A DNA stretch of 63,753 nucleotides, the filler included, from Stramenopiles sp. TOSAG23-2 (lineage: Eukaryota), in NCBI GenBank assembly GCA_900128395.1. It is 21 parts of 21 records of this genome, joined end to end, with 100 filler letters (N's around TTAATTAATTAA, not from the genome) between each part and the next. Parts side by side here need not be neighbours in the genome. Positions count along the whole stretch, not along the records: positions 44,030 to 47,055 come from LT651401.1; positions 47,156 to 50,177 come from LT651402.1; positions 50,278 to 53,299 come from LT651403.1; positions 53,400 to 56,420 come from LT651404.1; 17 more parts are not named here. One strand, given 5' to 3'. Below are positions 44,030-56,072 of this stretch, piece by piece. Under the pieces are notes generated by a model that saw only the letters and a program-made list of their open reading frames with translations, had not been told where the DNA came from and ran no database searches. The position numbers and the translations under genes were made by a program. Within the stretch, counting starts at the first letter, position 1. Each line of letters opens with the position of its first letter.

Positions 44030-44617
44030 AATAATAATATTACTGATGTACAAAGTATTGGTGAAGGATTAAAAACAAACAATAAATTAAAAACCTTGTG
44101 GCTAAAAACCAATAATATTACTGATGTACAAAGTCTTGGGGAAGGATTACAAACCAACAATACAGTAACGAGCTTGTACCTCCATAATAATAATATTACC
44201 GATGTACAAAGTATTGGTGAAGGATTAAAAACGAACCATAAACTAACGACATTGCACCTAGAGAACAATAATATTACCGATGTACACAAGATTGGTGAAG
44301 CATTAAAACCAAACAATACATTAAAAACATTGTGGCTCAAAAATAATAATATTACCGATGTACAAAGTATTGGTGAAGGATTAAAAACCAACAATACATT
44401 AACGTTCTTGGCCCTAGGTGATAATAATATTACTGATGGTGGTGGAATACGAAGTATTATTGATGCATTAAAAACAAATAATACATTAAGATGGTTGTGG
44501 CTGTCTAACAATCAACTTAGTGATAATATGAAATCACGAATAAAAGCTATAGAACAATATAAAAAAAATGGATCAAACGGGTACCAACAAGTGCAAGGAA
44601 TGTCGATATTCGTATAA
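44030..44617 (+). CDS. Ribonuclease-inhibitor/NLRC3-type 28-aa leucine-rich repeat protein, C-terminal part
   Basis: Repeats of LxLxxNNITDVQSIGEGLKTNNTL; frame open to contig edge. Confidence 0.92.
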   Translation, partial: NNNITDVQSIGEGLKTNNKLKTLWLKTNNITDVQSLGEGLQTNNTVTSLYLHNNNITDVQSIGEGLKTNHKLTTLHLENNNITDVHKIGEALKPNNTLKTLWLKNNNITDVQSIGEGLKTNNTLTFLALGDNNITDGGGIRSIIDALKTNNTLRWLWLSNNQLSDNMKSRIKAIEQYKKNGSNGYQQVQGMSIFV

Positions 44618-45082
44618 CGATCCTATAACACAAGTATACATAAATACATCAAGATCATTATTACTATGTATGATTAAAGATGAATTTTTAATTGTAGTAT
44701 CTGTAAGAAAGGAACAAACATTAATGCAACTTAATTTAACAGAAGATGAAGTCGTTCCAAATGCGATAACATGCTTTCATCCATCACAAATTGAACCGCT
44801 TCCTTTAATAGGATTATCTACTGGCTATTTTGCTATTTTAAACGTGAAAAGTAATCTTAGAGCTCGTGATCAAGAAAAAAATGATATACAAAAATGCAAC
44901 TACCATTTCCAAAACATTTACCACCATTTTATCCAACACCTCCAGTAGGCAATAATGTATTACGTCGTCGTAATAATACAAAAAATCATATTAACAAACA
45001 ACAGTGGTCTTGTGAACCGAAATTCCATTTCCAACACCTACTCGTGCAATATCGTTTACTGGGAATGAAGGACATTTATTAG
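44568..45082 (+). pseudogene. Degraded WD40-like fragment
   Basis: ITCFHPSQIEPLPLIGLSTGYFAILNV resembles a WD blade; the frame is broken into two overlapping ORFs. Confidence 0.3.
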
Positions 45083-45792
45083 TTGGTACAATCCATGATG
45101 TACTTTTAATCATGGTAAAAGCATATCGTTTATGGAAAATTTTAAATAAATTTGGTTCGGCAAAACAAACAAATGCATTGGACGATGGTTTAATACCACC
45201 AGTAAATTTGTATAACTAAAAAACATCATAATAAAAATTGATTTAATTTTTTTTAATTCAAATTAAAAGTATTTTAATGTATATTTAATTAATGCATAAT
45301 TTATTTTTAATTTACTCATGATAATTCCTACTCTCCAGAAAGAATACATAACTGAGACAAATCTATCTCACTAAAACTGAAAGATGGACAATGATAATTT
45401 TATTCATCTATTGATAAAAATATTACAGATTTTACAATCAGTCACCAATGATTTTTAGATCATTTTCTAAGTTAACAACAGACAATACATAAATCGGCTT
45501 TTCTGGAAAGTCTACATCGTCCGTTTTCCCCACCATATTTCTTACCCTAAGTGACATTGTCTTCTCCAGATCCTTTACCATACCTTTGTCGACTCTTAAC
45601 AAAACATCTGAGCTAACGGCGTCCTCTACCTTCTCAAATGCAGCCAATTCAATACCCTGGCACTGTACGACATCTTCTTTTTTACTATTTTGAAATGCCA
45701 CCCACATCACGACCCACTTCCCCTCACTTGAATCCTCGCTATCACTTGGGTCCATTGATACCTACATCTTTACTATGGTTCAAAAGAAACAC

Positions 45793-46263
45793 TCCGCCTT
45801 TCCCATACTCCCACTACGACCTATCACCCTGCTATCCGCAACAACACTAGACTAATGACTAATACACAACCGCTCCTACCTAAAATCCCTACAAATACGA
45901 TTCTCCTATAAAAAACAAAAACCCTCCGCCTTTCGGATACTCCCACTACGCCTTATCGCCCTGCTACAACGCACGTTCCGCCACACTAAAACTCCATTTA
46001 CACGAATATATTTTTCCAACAATATACCTTTTCGTGTAAATCCAAATCAAACACAATGTTCATCGCGTACAACTTTCTTATACCACTACAATACCACTTA
46101 CACCGTAAAAAACGGTTCTCCCATACCAACAAAACAAAATATCCGCCTTTCGGATACTCCCAATACCCGCTATCACCCTGCTATACTGCACTTCCAGTCA
46201 CCAAAAAACTCAATTTACACGAATACGAATTTTTCACCAATTTACCTTCTCGTGTAAATCCAA
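45793..46263 (+). repeat. Three diverged 42-bp repeats in a C-rich, strand-skewed segment
   Basis: Copies at 45793-45834, 45925-45966 and 46142-46183 encode PPFPYSHYDLSPCY, PPFGYSHYALSPCY and PPFGYSQYPLSPCY; copies 2 and 3 stay similar for a further ~80 bp. Confidence 0.85.
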
Positions 46264-46571
46264 AATCGTTTTTTTTACTCAACCCACTGGTAACTATACC
46301 ACCAGGTGGTACACCTCTGCTATAGCACTTCCAGCGTAAAATTTGATATAAATGCGCCCACTTTGCCAATCAATTTTCCCCGTTCACAGGCGAATACCAT
46401 GAGACAATACACCAACAACAGCCTTTATTTTTCCAACTTCCATTGTCAAACATACATAGAAATATATACAACATATACAAATAAACAAACAACTACTTCA
46501 CTAGCACATATAAAAACTATTTAGTCAATATCACCAACAGAACATATAATACAACATATACATTGAATAAT

Positions 46572-46862
46572 ATGGACGCCTTTAACACATATACATTGAA
46601 TACCACCGCGTTGAATCATAGAACCATCCAAAGTTTTAATTTCGACGACATCATTATGTGCTGGCAAGGTGAAAATTGCGAAGCTTACGAAATTGCGCAT
46701 ATTGTTTTTTCACTAAATGCAATGCACACAACATACACTCTCATCCCATTAATCTGGTATGAAAACGCGTGGCACCGTGATGAACTATACGAAGACGACA
46801 CTTCAACATGGACGGTGGAAGAAATGCTAAATTTGCGGGACTATTGGGAGTATGTACATTAA
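46572..46862 (+). CDS. Small hypothetical acidic/aromatic protein
   Basis: ATG at 46572 opens a frame with protein-like composition; no family recognised. Confidence 0.4.
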   Translation: MDAFNTYTLNTTALNHRTIQSFNFDDIIMCWQGENCEAYEIAHIVFSLNAMHTTYTLIPLIWYENAWHRDELYEDDTSTWTVEEMLNLRDYWEYVH

Positions 46863-48178
46863 AAACACTAACTTCCTTTTTTTTTTACATTTCAACAAAA
46901 AAATATTACATATTTACTTCACAAACAACAAATCTACCTTAACCTTTTCTCTCCCTTTTGTCTTTTGTCCTTGCCATCTAGGGAACCACACTCGTATTCC
47001 ACCAAGTATAGTTCGTTTCCAATTTCAACCTCTTCCCATTAAGGAATCACACTTANNNNNNNNNNNNNNNNNNNNNNNNNNNNNNNNNNNNNNNNNNNNT
47101 TAATTAATTAANNNNNNNNNNNNNNNNNNNNNNNNNNNNNNNNNNNNNNNNNNNNACAAGTAGAACACAAAAAAAGAAATTAGCATCAAAAAAAAAAAAA
47201 AAAGAGGAAACGAAGATAAAAAAAAGGAAGAAGAAAAAAGCAAAATTAAAATCAGAAAAGAAGAAGAAGAAATCGTCTACTAAAAAGACCAAAGCTGAGT
47301 AAAATTTCGATTGTCTTATTTCGTGCCTGAAATGTATGTTGCGTTTAGTGTTTAGTGTGTGCATATTACTGTTTGTAAAGTCATATATTAATATAGATCT
47401 TAGCGCTAAGGAAGGCCAGAAGGCGGCTTCCGGCTTCCAGGTCAAAATCTCGGTACGGCATTATACCAAAGTCTCCACACTCCACACTAACACACACCAT
47501 TATATAAAGCAATAGTAAAAGGAGAACGTATGTAGAGCTACCTATAATAAGTATAGTCTACTGTATGTATAATATTATACATATGTAATATGTAGGATGT
47601 AGGTACTTCGGGTACCTGAGCATATAAACTTAGCATTGAGAGCGAAGTGTATATAGGATCAGGGAGAAGGATGTAGGATAACAGGATAACACGATAACGC
47701 GTATTATAGCATTATAGCTAGCTAGAGCTATCCGTTCTTGTGTTTTTGTGCTTACCAGGCTTATACACTATTACTCACTATCAGGATACTATATTTAATA
47801 CTAAAAAAATCATAAACTTGTACAGTAATTGAATAATATTATATTCTCCATAGTAATGCATGCTATAATATAAATAATAATAGATATTTATAATAATAAG
47901 GCTATTATTACAAAAAAGTATGCATACCAGCATAATAATAATAATAAATAAATAGTATACTATTATAATAATATTAATAGACTATAGTATTATATTTGAG
48001 TATTATTGATATATATATACAAAGGCAGATTAGATATCAGTATTATTTTGTTCGATCGTTTACATGTTGCACATTCTCTTTGTATGTACAAGATAGACCA
48101 TTACTACAACTAAAACTTGTGAAATTGTACATTGTTACACAATAATTATTCAAAATAGATTATAGAAATCAACCAATT

Positions 48179-50177
48179 ATGTCTTATTTAAATGCAACCC
48201 GAGATAATAAATATATAAATGTCCAATCCAACCACCGAATAAGAAAAACGTCGTCAGAGAGAGTTACAGAAACAAAGCGAAGAATGAAAAAGGTTGCAAG
48301 TAAAGCTAAGTCGTTGTCCTTCTTCTTTCGCACTATGGGAAAAGATCCGCACAATCGAACTTTCTCCATTTTTGGTAATAGATTAAAGCGGCATAATGAT
48401 AAACCTTTACCACCAATCATGGGTGCTGAATTTACGATGATTGATCCAGCCGCTAAAGGTAATGAGGATGGTTCCGGTTTTACTTCAAGAAAAGTAAAAT
48501 TCAATGCTAGGAAAACTATAAAGAGAGCAGTTAGCAAAACAATGAATATAGGGAGACTTAAAAGTCCAAAGAAAAAAAAGAAGAACGATGATGTCAAAAC
48601 TAGAGTAAGGCATACCTTTAATGCAGCTGGAGTCGCTAAAGTGAAAAGGGCTGTTAATAATATTAACCGTCTAGCAAATCTTGTACATTTTTTTCATTTT
48701 GAATCGGATGAACACGATCATGGTATTGATGGACCAAAATCAAAGGTAGAATCGTTGTCGCATTTACTAGAATCACTACGATCATTTTATGACCCAGATG
48801 GTGAACATGAAGGTAATCCACATTACTCAGATCTTGCTTTATTGAAACGAGAAGCAATTAAATGGAATCCACGCGTACGTCGTATGTTGGATCAACTATG
48901 GGAGGTGACAGATAACGATCATGATGCATGCATAGAGAAAAATGAATATATTGACATGTGCATGAAGGTTTATCGTGCCGTTGTTGATGATAATCCAGAT
49001 CCCGCATTAAATCAAACCCGACGCCAATATGCCGAGGTGGATTGGGAAGGAGACCATATGGGATATGGAAATTTAAATAAAAACCGATTTACTCGTGCTT
49101 GGTTTCAATTGGCAGATCATTGGACCCATGATGTAAGTTCTACTAGTTATGCAGAATTTTTAGAAGCAGTCTATCAAGCAGTTGCAATAAAATCAACTAA
49201 AACTGGGAAGGTTTATTGGAAATCGGATGAAAATATCAAACGATTTAATTTGAAAAACATTGGAATGGGGCTTGAAGAAAGTGATACGATACATTTGATA
49301 TATGGAGATACGCCAAAAACGAATGATGTTGGAAAGGAGCATTTGTATTTATCAAAGAAACAGAAATTGAAATATGCAAGTACGCCAAAAACGAATGATG
49401 TTGGAAAGGAGCATTTGTATTTATCAAAGAAACAGAAATTGAAATATGCAAGTACGCCAAAAACGAATGATGTTGGAAAGGAGCATTTGTATTTATCAAA
49501 GAAACAGAAATTGAAATATGCAAGTACGCCAAAAACGAATGATGTTGGAAAGGAGCATTTGTATTTATCAAAGAAACAGAAATTGAAATATGCAAGTAAA
49601 GTTTTGCTACGTAAAAAAATAGATAAAATTGAAAGTCGTTACAATAAACAAATGATGAAAGACAAAGTGGTTGAAGATAGTTGGATGAATAAAGGGGTAA
49701 AAGCTGTTTATTATAATTTAGACAAATTGGATTTATTGGATGAAGAAGTTCATTTGAGTCCAACTGCTACTAGGAAAGGTAAAAATGGTCTTTATATAGG
49801 TTCGACCATTTCAGCACCACAAGGATGGGAAAATTTAGCACTTGCACCATGGAGTACAGCTTTTCATAGAATAAATCTAGATAAACATTCTAACGCAGCA
49901 ATTGACGAGCTAGCTAGATCTAAAATTTTAGCTGCTGTTCGAGCGGGAATTGTTGGGGCTAGTAAAAGGAGAAGGCAATTTTTGCTTTCCGACTTAACTC
50001 CAGACCAACGCCAAGTGCAACGTTTAATACTGTTAGATTTACGACAAAAATATATATTGTTATCTAAAAATAATAACGTTCAGGTAGATCCTGACTTTTT
50101 CAACCGAATGGATACAATGCTGAATAAATCATATTCTATGGATAACATTGACCCAAAAGAACGTGTGGTGTATCAAG
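48179..50177 (+). CDS. EF-hand-containing protein (3'-truncated) with four 72-bp tandem copies
   Basis: EF loop DNDHDACIEKNEY; DWEGD...FTRAWFQLADHWT...YAEFL; identical 24-aa repeats at 49309-49598. Confidence 0.8.
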
Positions 50178-51066
50178 NNNNNNNNNNNNNNNNNNNNNNN
50201 NNNNNNNNNNNNNNNNNNNNNTTAATTAATTAANNNNNNNNNNNNNNNNNNNNNNNNNNNNNNNNNNNNNNNNNNNNTATATTATACTAAATATATATAG
50301 GGTACAAAAAACAAGAAGTCATCCGGATCGTCTAGCTCAGCAAAAAAGAAAAAAAAAAGGTAAAAAAGGGCTAATAAACAATATGGGAATATCATTAGCG
50401 TGTATTTATGAGTGTAAAATCTCCGATAAAATTAGACATTTAGATCAATAGATTTTTTTGCATTTATCCTGTACGGGTTTCCGTACAGCCCATGCTGTGT
50501 CCATGTTGAAAAATGTGAGATTTATGCATTTAGCTCAAAATTATCGGTTTTCATCAAATATTTCGGTCAAAAAAACAATGCTATTCTCCTGTTATTTTAA
50601 CTTTTAAGCAAACATGTGCCTGCCTTAAGCCGTAGGACTATGGAATCCCACGGGCTTTAATTATATAAAAAATAAAAAAAATCTTAGAGCTAAAGGAACC
50701 AATTAAAAATGTTCAAATTCACTATTAAACAAATAATGAATCGAGTTACAAGAGATTAATTTTACTATATTACTAATCATTGTACGTATGATATGAGAAG
50801 AGCATTTGCTACCGTGCGCAGAGGTAATAATAATATTGATAGTGTCTAACATTCGATACGCTTAGATAAAATTAACAATGATTTTTTTCATCATCATCAC
50901 CGCCCGGTTATGTAATATTTTGCCCGCCAGCAGCCCGCCGCTTCTTAGCAACCTTACTACTTCTTAAAAGATTTCGAATTGATGGGTTTTGCAACTTTTT
51001 CGAATATTAATAACATTTAAAACAAATAATAAGAACAAAATAGAGATTATCCAACACAAAGACCAT

Positions 51067-52227
51067 ATGAGAAGAAATTCGATTATAATATCATTTAAAT
51101 ATACAACGAGGAGATCAACAAAAATCAATAGGAACGTCGATAATAATAGTTTTCCATATTATTATCATCATACGAATAATATGTCCTCGTTTAATAATTC
51201 ATCAGGAAATAAAGTTATAATTGATACAGACGCAGGAGTAGATGATGCACAAGCGTTGATGATTGCATTGGCACAACATAAACTTCAAAAAATCAATGTG
51301 CTTGGTATCACCACTGTTACAGGGAATGTCAAATTGCAACGAGTCATTCAAAATGTTGCTAGGGTACAAGACACGTTGAATACAAAGGTTCCGATATTCA
51401 AAGGTGCAGATTTTCCTATGTTAGGACGTTCAGGTGTGAATGCATCTTATTGGCATGGAATAGATGGATTAGGTGATTCAAATTTTCCTGATATTGGTAC
51501 AGAAGAATCTATTTGCTATCAAGATAATAACGATAAAAATTCCAATCAAGCCGCATCTAGCGCTGCAGCAAATATATCGAAATTAGTTCGAAAGTATCCC
51601 GGTGAAGTATCGATTATAGCATTAGGGCCGTTAACAAATATTGCATTGGCATTGTTATTAGATCCAGAATTTCCAACATTTGTAAAAGAATTTTGGTGGA
51701 TGGGTGGCTCAAGAACTACTGGAAACATTACACGGACTGCTGAATTCAATGCATATGGTGATCCAGAGGCATTGTCGTTGTGTCTCTCTCATTTTTCTTT
51801 GATACATTGTGTTGATTGGCAAGCTACGTTAGATCATGGTTTAGAATTTGAATTTGTAGAAAATTTATTTAATGAGACTAATAATACAAGGAATGGTAAA
51901 TTTTTTAAAAAGATTTCTACAAAATTAATTTCACAATCTAAATCATCTCAATATAAACGAGCTGGTTTTTTAATACCAGATCCATTATGTATGATAGCAT
52001 ATTGTTTCCGTGATAGCATTGTTAAATATGTCGATGCAAATGTTGTTTGTGAAACGAAAGGTAATGAAACAAGAGGCATGACTGTATATTTGGATAGTGA
52101 TGGTACAACATCGGAGGATGATGGAACACCAACTACACGTAATGGTGAGAAATGTAATGTAAGATTTTATACAGAACTTAAATTGGATGAAATTAAGAAT
52201 GCATTTACATTTGTTTGTTCTTTGTAG
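51067..52227 (+). CDS. Inosine-uridine-preferring nucleoside hydrolase
   Basis: IIDTDAGVDDAQAL, TTVTGN, HGIDGLGD, ALGPLTNIA, GNITRTAEFNAYGDPEA, IPDP, TRGMTV. Start is either 51067 (possible transit peptide) or 51181. Confidence 0.96.
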   Translation: MRRNSIIISFKYTTRRSTKINRNVDNNSFPYYYHHTNNMSSFNNSSGNKVIIDTDAGVDDAQALMIALAQHKLQKINVLGITTVTGNVKLQRVIQNVARVQDTLNTKVPIFKGADFPMLGRSGVNASYWHGIDGLGDSNFPDIGTEESICYQDNNDKNSNQAASSAAANISKLVRKYPGEVSIIALGPLTNIALALLLDPEFPTFVKEFWWMGGSRTTGNITRTAEFNAYGDPEALSLCLSHFSLIHCVDWQATLDHGLEFEFVENLFNETNNTRNGKFFKKISTKLISQSKSSQYKRAGFLIPDPLCMIAYCFRDSIVKYVDANVVCETKGNETRGMTVYLDSDGTTSEDDGTPTTRNGEKCNVRFYTELKLDEIKNAFTFVCSL

Positions 52228-52312
52228 TGGTGAAGTACCAGGAGAGCTGCGAGAATTGGTTAGACCATCGTCGGTGGCAAGCACAGATGAGTGATTATTC
52301 TGAATCGTCTAG

Positions 52313-52616
52313 TGATAGCGATGATGATGAAGAGGCGTTAGGTGTTAACAGTAAATTTGGTCCTAGAGCCTAGATTTGCAATTGTCTCGATGTTGTAGGT
52401 AAAAGTTTTTAACTGCGTTGCAACTCTACACCCAAAATAATTTTTAATTTTGCAGAAAACAAAATGATAGCGATGATGATGAAGAGGCGTTAGGTGTTAA
52501 CAGTAAATTTGGTCCTAGAGCCTAGATTTGCAATTGTCTCGATGTTGTAGGTAAAAGTTTTTAACTGCGTTGCAACTCTACACCCAAAATAATTTTTAAT
52601 TTTGCAGAAAACAAAA
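52313..52616 (+). repeat. Exact 152-bp tandem duplication
   Basis: 52313-52464 is identical to 52465-52616. Confidence 0.9.
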
Positions 52617-52900
52617 AATTTATTTCCAACCTCCGAGTACAAAAAATACCTAATTTGGCCTATCAAATTTACCAAACACTACAAATCTACTGAGTATATG
52701 AAAAGGACTATATTAAGTATAAATATGATAGGAAATGAAAAACAGAAAACATGGCAGAAAAACACACTTTTCAAGTGTAAAATGTTGAAAGGGCTGTGTC
52801 CATGCTAATTTTTAAATGCTATTTCCATATACTAAAAAAACTTCATAGGAAAAATTATCAAAACTATAGAAAATAACAAAAAATCTCCATACTATAGTTT
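52612..52900 (+). repeat. Dispersed non-coding repeat, copy 2 (copy 1 at 5908-6196)
   Basis: Colinear, diverged similarity to 5908-6196; both copies end close to assembly gaps. Confidence 0.9.
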
Positions 52901-53976
52901 TAAGTACTCTAACAAANNNNNNNNNNNNNNNNNNNNNNNNNNNNNNNNNNNNNNNNNNNNNNNNNNNNNNNNNNNNNNNNNNNNNNNNNNNNNNNNNNNN
53001 NNNNNNNNAGTTTTAAGTACTCTAACAAAAATATGTAAATTAGACTACCAAATTTATACTACATTTCTATAACACCTCAAACACGAATATTTTTGCCAAT
53101 TTTATTTTCATTTTTAAAAGTTCCGCCAAAGTGGGTACAAAAATTGAGAAATTTTATCAGATATATAAAATTTGCATTATGTCTCCAAACATCATTCCCA
53201 ACATTTTCACACCATATAAATTACCACATCCTTCCTTTATATACATAACTTGAATCTCTAAACTCCAACCAAAATAAATATTACATTTACATGAAACGCN
53301 NNNNNNNNNNNNNNNNNNNNNNNNNNNNNNNNNNNNNNNNNNNTTAATTAATTAANNNNNNNNNNNNNNNNNNNNNNNNNNNNNNNNNNNNNNNNNNNNG
53401 AAGATGGACCGGAATGTGATTGTGGGCAACAAAGTGAATTTTTCATTCCAGTTGGAAATGGGAAGTAGCTGCATCACGATGTACCCCTGTTCCATATTTA
53501 TACAAAGATGGAATGTATTACACCGTCGAAGATGATGGGGAAGAAAATGATAATGGAGAAGAAGCATGAGGTTCTTTTACTATTATATATTATATTGGAG
53601 TTCTGTATATTATTCGTCGTCTGTTGTGTGTATATATAATAGAAATTAAAATACGTCTTGATATCAACAATGATATTTACCTGTTATAAATTAATAAAAG
53701 CCATCAAATAATACTTATGTACTTCTTGTGTATGAAAAGATCTACAGTACTTGTTATTGTACTGTGTTGCCTGTCCGGATGACCTTTATAATATAGAATA
53801 TTGAATTGATTGATCAATAAATTCATCGAACATATATATATATATGTATAAAGATTTACACCAACAAAAATCAGAATATACAAAATATATATATATATCA
53901 TATTTATATACATATACAGCGGAAACAAACAACATAAATAAATCGAAAAGAAAGAAAAAGAAACAAACAAATTAAA

Positions 53977-54984
53977 ATGGAACATATAACAAATGGAGAT
54001 TCAAAAGTCATGTACTGCGTTGCAGGTGGTGTGTTAGTTGGCGCAGCTGCAATGTTAGGATATGTTCATGTTCGCCCAAAACCAGCTGCTTGTGACGGTA
54101 GTGGTTTTAAGAAAAGTGATGGTCTTACTTTGAAATATTGGAATGGAAGAGGTTTGATGGAAATTGCAAGACTTATGTTGGCAAAAAAGAATATGTACGC
54201 CGGTGATTATGCTGACATTCGTGTAACAACTGATTCCATGGATGGATATGAAAAAGGAAATAATAATGTCGTCACTTACAAATCTTTGGAAAATACTCTT
54301 GATAGTAACTTGGGACGCTTACCTATTTTGGAATGCAACGGTAAAAGTGTTGGTCAATCAACTGCTATTAATTATTTCGTTGCTAAGAAATTAAATTTAT
54401 TTGGTGATAATGACATGGAAAGTAGCAGAATTATCTCTGTATTATCCTCACTTGATGAATTAAAATCTAGTTATCGTAAAGTTATTCCATATGGGCAAGA
54501 GCCAACTGAGGACATGTTCCGAAGTTTTTTCGATGAGCCAGAACGTGATGTAAAAGGACCAGCACAACGCGCTAATTCCAAAACCCGTTTCTTTCGTTGG
54601 TATTGTGGAAGAATGGAACATTCTCTTTTCAAAGAATCAAAATGGGCAGTTGGAACAAGAATGTCATTAGCTGATATTGCAATTTATCGTGAATTATACG
54701 ATACGCTTGAAGGCAATCAAGCACATTCAAGTGTAAAGCCTTATCGCAGGGAGCCATTTAGCTCCAGAAAAAATGTTCTAGAAGCATTGAAAAGTTATCC
54801 AAAATTGCTTAATGTATGTGAAATGGTACNNNNNNNNNNNNNNNNNNNNNNNNNNNNNNNNNNNNNNNNNNNNNNNNNNNNNNNNNNNNNNNNNNNNNNN
54901 NNNNTGCTTAATGTATGTGAAATGGTACGTTCTGATCCATCTATTAAAAAACATATTGAAGGGAGACAATTGCAACGATTTTAA
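53977..54984 (+). CDS. Glutathione S-transferase with N-terminal hydrophobic anchor (internal gap, probably spurious)
   Basis: LKYWNGRGLMEIARLML, NLGRLPILE, GQSTAINYFVA, MSLADIAIY. The two gap flanks share 25 bp, so they probably overlap. Confidence 0.93.
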   Translation: MEHITNGDSKVMYCVAGGVLVGAAAMLGYVHVRPKPAACDGSGFKKSDGLTLKYWNGRGLMEIARLMLAKKNMYAGDYADIRVTTDSMDGYEKGNNNVVTYKSLENTLDSNLGRLPILECNGKSVGQSTAINYFVAKKLNLFGDNDMESSRIISVLSSLDELKSSYRKVIPYGQEPTEDMFRSFFDEPERDVKGPAQRANSKTRFFRWYCGRMEHSLFKESKWAVGTRMSLADIAIYRELYDTLEGNQAHSSVKPYRREPFSSRKNVLEALKSYPKLLNVCEMVXXXXXXXXXXXXXXXXXXXXXXXXXXLNVCEMVRSDPSIKKHIEGRQLQRF

Positions 54985-55451
54985 AAGATAATAGTGCTGA
55001 TAATAATGTGTGTGTTTATGATTTGGTACTATTATGTATATATATATGAAAAGAATGTTCTTTTTAAATTTTACCGAAGTCGTAAAATAATTTGTGTGAC
55101 ATATATATATAAAAGAAGAGGAGAGAGGATGTATTTTTTGTAACACAATGCATACAGTATATTAGAGGAAAAGATTATTATAATTATTATATCTAAGGGT
55201 TATCAGTTTGATAGTGTTCTGTTCTAAAACTGAATTTTTTTAAATAATTACACGCGAGTATTATATACAATGTGTGTGATGCATTAATTAAAATACTATT
55301 ATACGAGTATGATATACGAACGTATTTTTAAATAAAAAAAAATGATTTTTTTCTCTTTCTGAAAAAGAAAGAGATTTCAAAAAAATAAAGACACTTTACT
55401 TTTTATTACACACCATTATATTTAATGTTTTATTTTTCTTTTAATATTTTT

Positions 55452-56072
55452 TCAATACATCATCGTTTCTTTAATCCATTTATTTTGAAATTTACCATTT
55501 GGATCATGTGTTTTTTGAACTAATGAATGAAATTTAGTCCAACGATCTTTATACAACTTTGGAAATCGTGTTGACCAAAAAGATGCAGTATAAATTTTAC
55601 CCCAATGTGGTCTTGCACCGTATTCTGCCAATGCTTTTTCCAATTTAATTATTTCCGTCCATATTTCTGTTTGTCGTATTGGTGATGGCGACCAACTTAA
55701 ATGAATAGACATTGTATCATGTGGTGTGCAAGATAAAAATCCACTATCACCTTTAATAGATCGAATTTCGGAAAGAACAAAACAACCAGCATCTAAATCA
55801 TCATGAGTTGCTACGCTCCAATGCTTCATGACATCCCATGCTGCTTCCAATGCAGCAACAGCATTTTCAACTGGAATGAAAAATTCACTTTGTTGCCCAC
55901 AATCACATTCCGGTCCATCTTCCAATGGTTGATCTAACGCCCATGCAGGAACCGTATCATGCCATGCACCACGATATGCCATATTTACAGGTGGAAATTC
56001 AGGGATCATAGGTGGTACCTCTTCTTCCTCTTGCAAGGAGCCTATGTGGTAACTAGGATCTTCAAATGTCAA
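55452..56072 (-). CDS. Alditol/xylitol oxidase or D-arabinono-1,4-lactone oxidase-type C-terminal domain; FAD-binding N-terminus not present
   Basis: GAWHDTVP, QSEFFIP, SEIRSIKGD, IHLSW, LEKALAEYGARPHWGK, DPNGKFQN. Confidence 0.88.
   Translation of the reverse strand: MTFEDPSYHIGSLQEEEEVPPMIPEFPPVNMAYRGAWHDTVPAWALDQPLEDGPECDCGQQSEFFIPVENAVAALEAAWDVMKHWSVATHDDLDAGCFVLSEIRSIKGDSGFLSCTPHDTMSIHLSWSPSPIRQTEIWTEIIKLEKALAEYGARPHWGKIYTASFWSTRFPKLYKDRWTKFHSLVQKTHDPNGKFQNKWIKETMMY

Noticed and set aside
45793-46183. CRISPR-like array
   Set aside because: Only three diverged repeats with unequal spacing (132 and 217 bp), similarity extending into the spacers, eukaryotic context and no cas genes.
7862-52616. 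Exact tandem duplications (119, 108, 190, 196, 4x72 and 152 bp) as a biological mechanism
   Set aside because: Copies are identical, about read length, and fall indiscriminately in genes and intergenic DNA; most likely gap-filling or assembly artefacts. Read depth would settle it.
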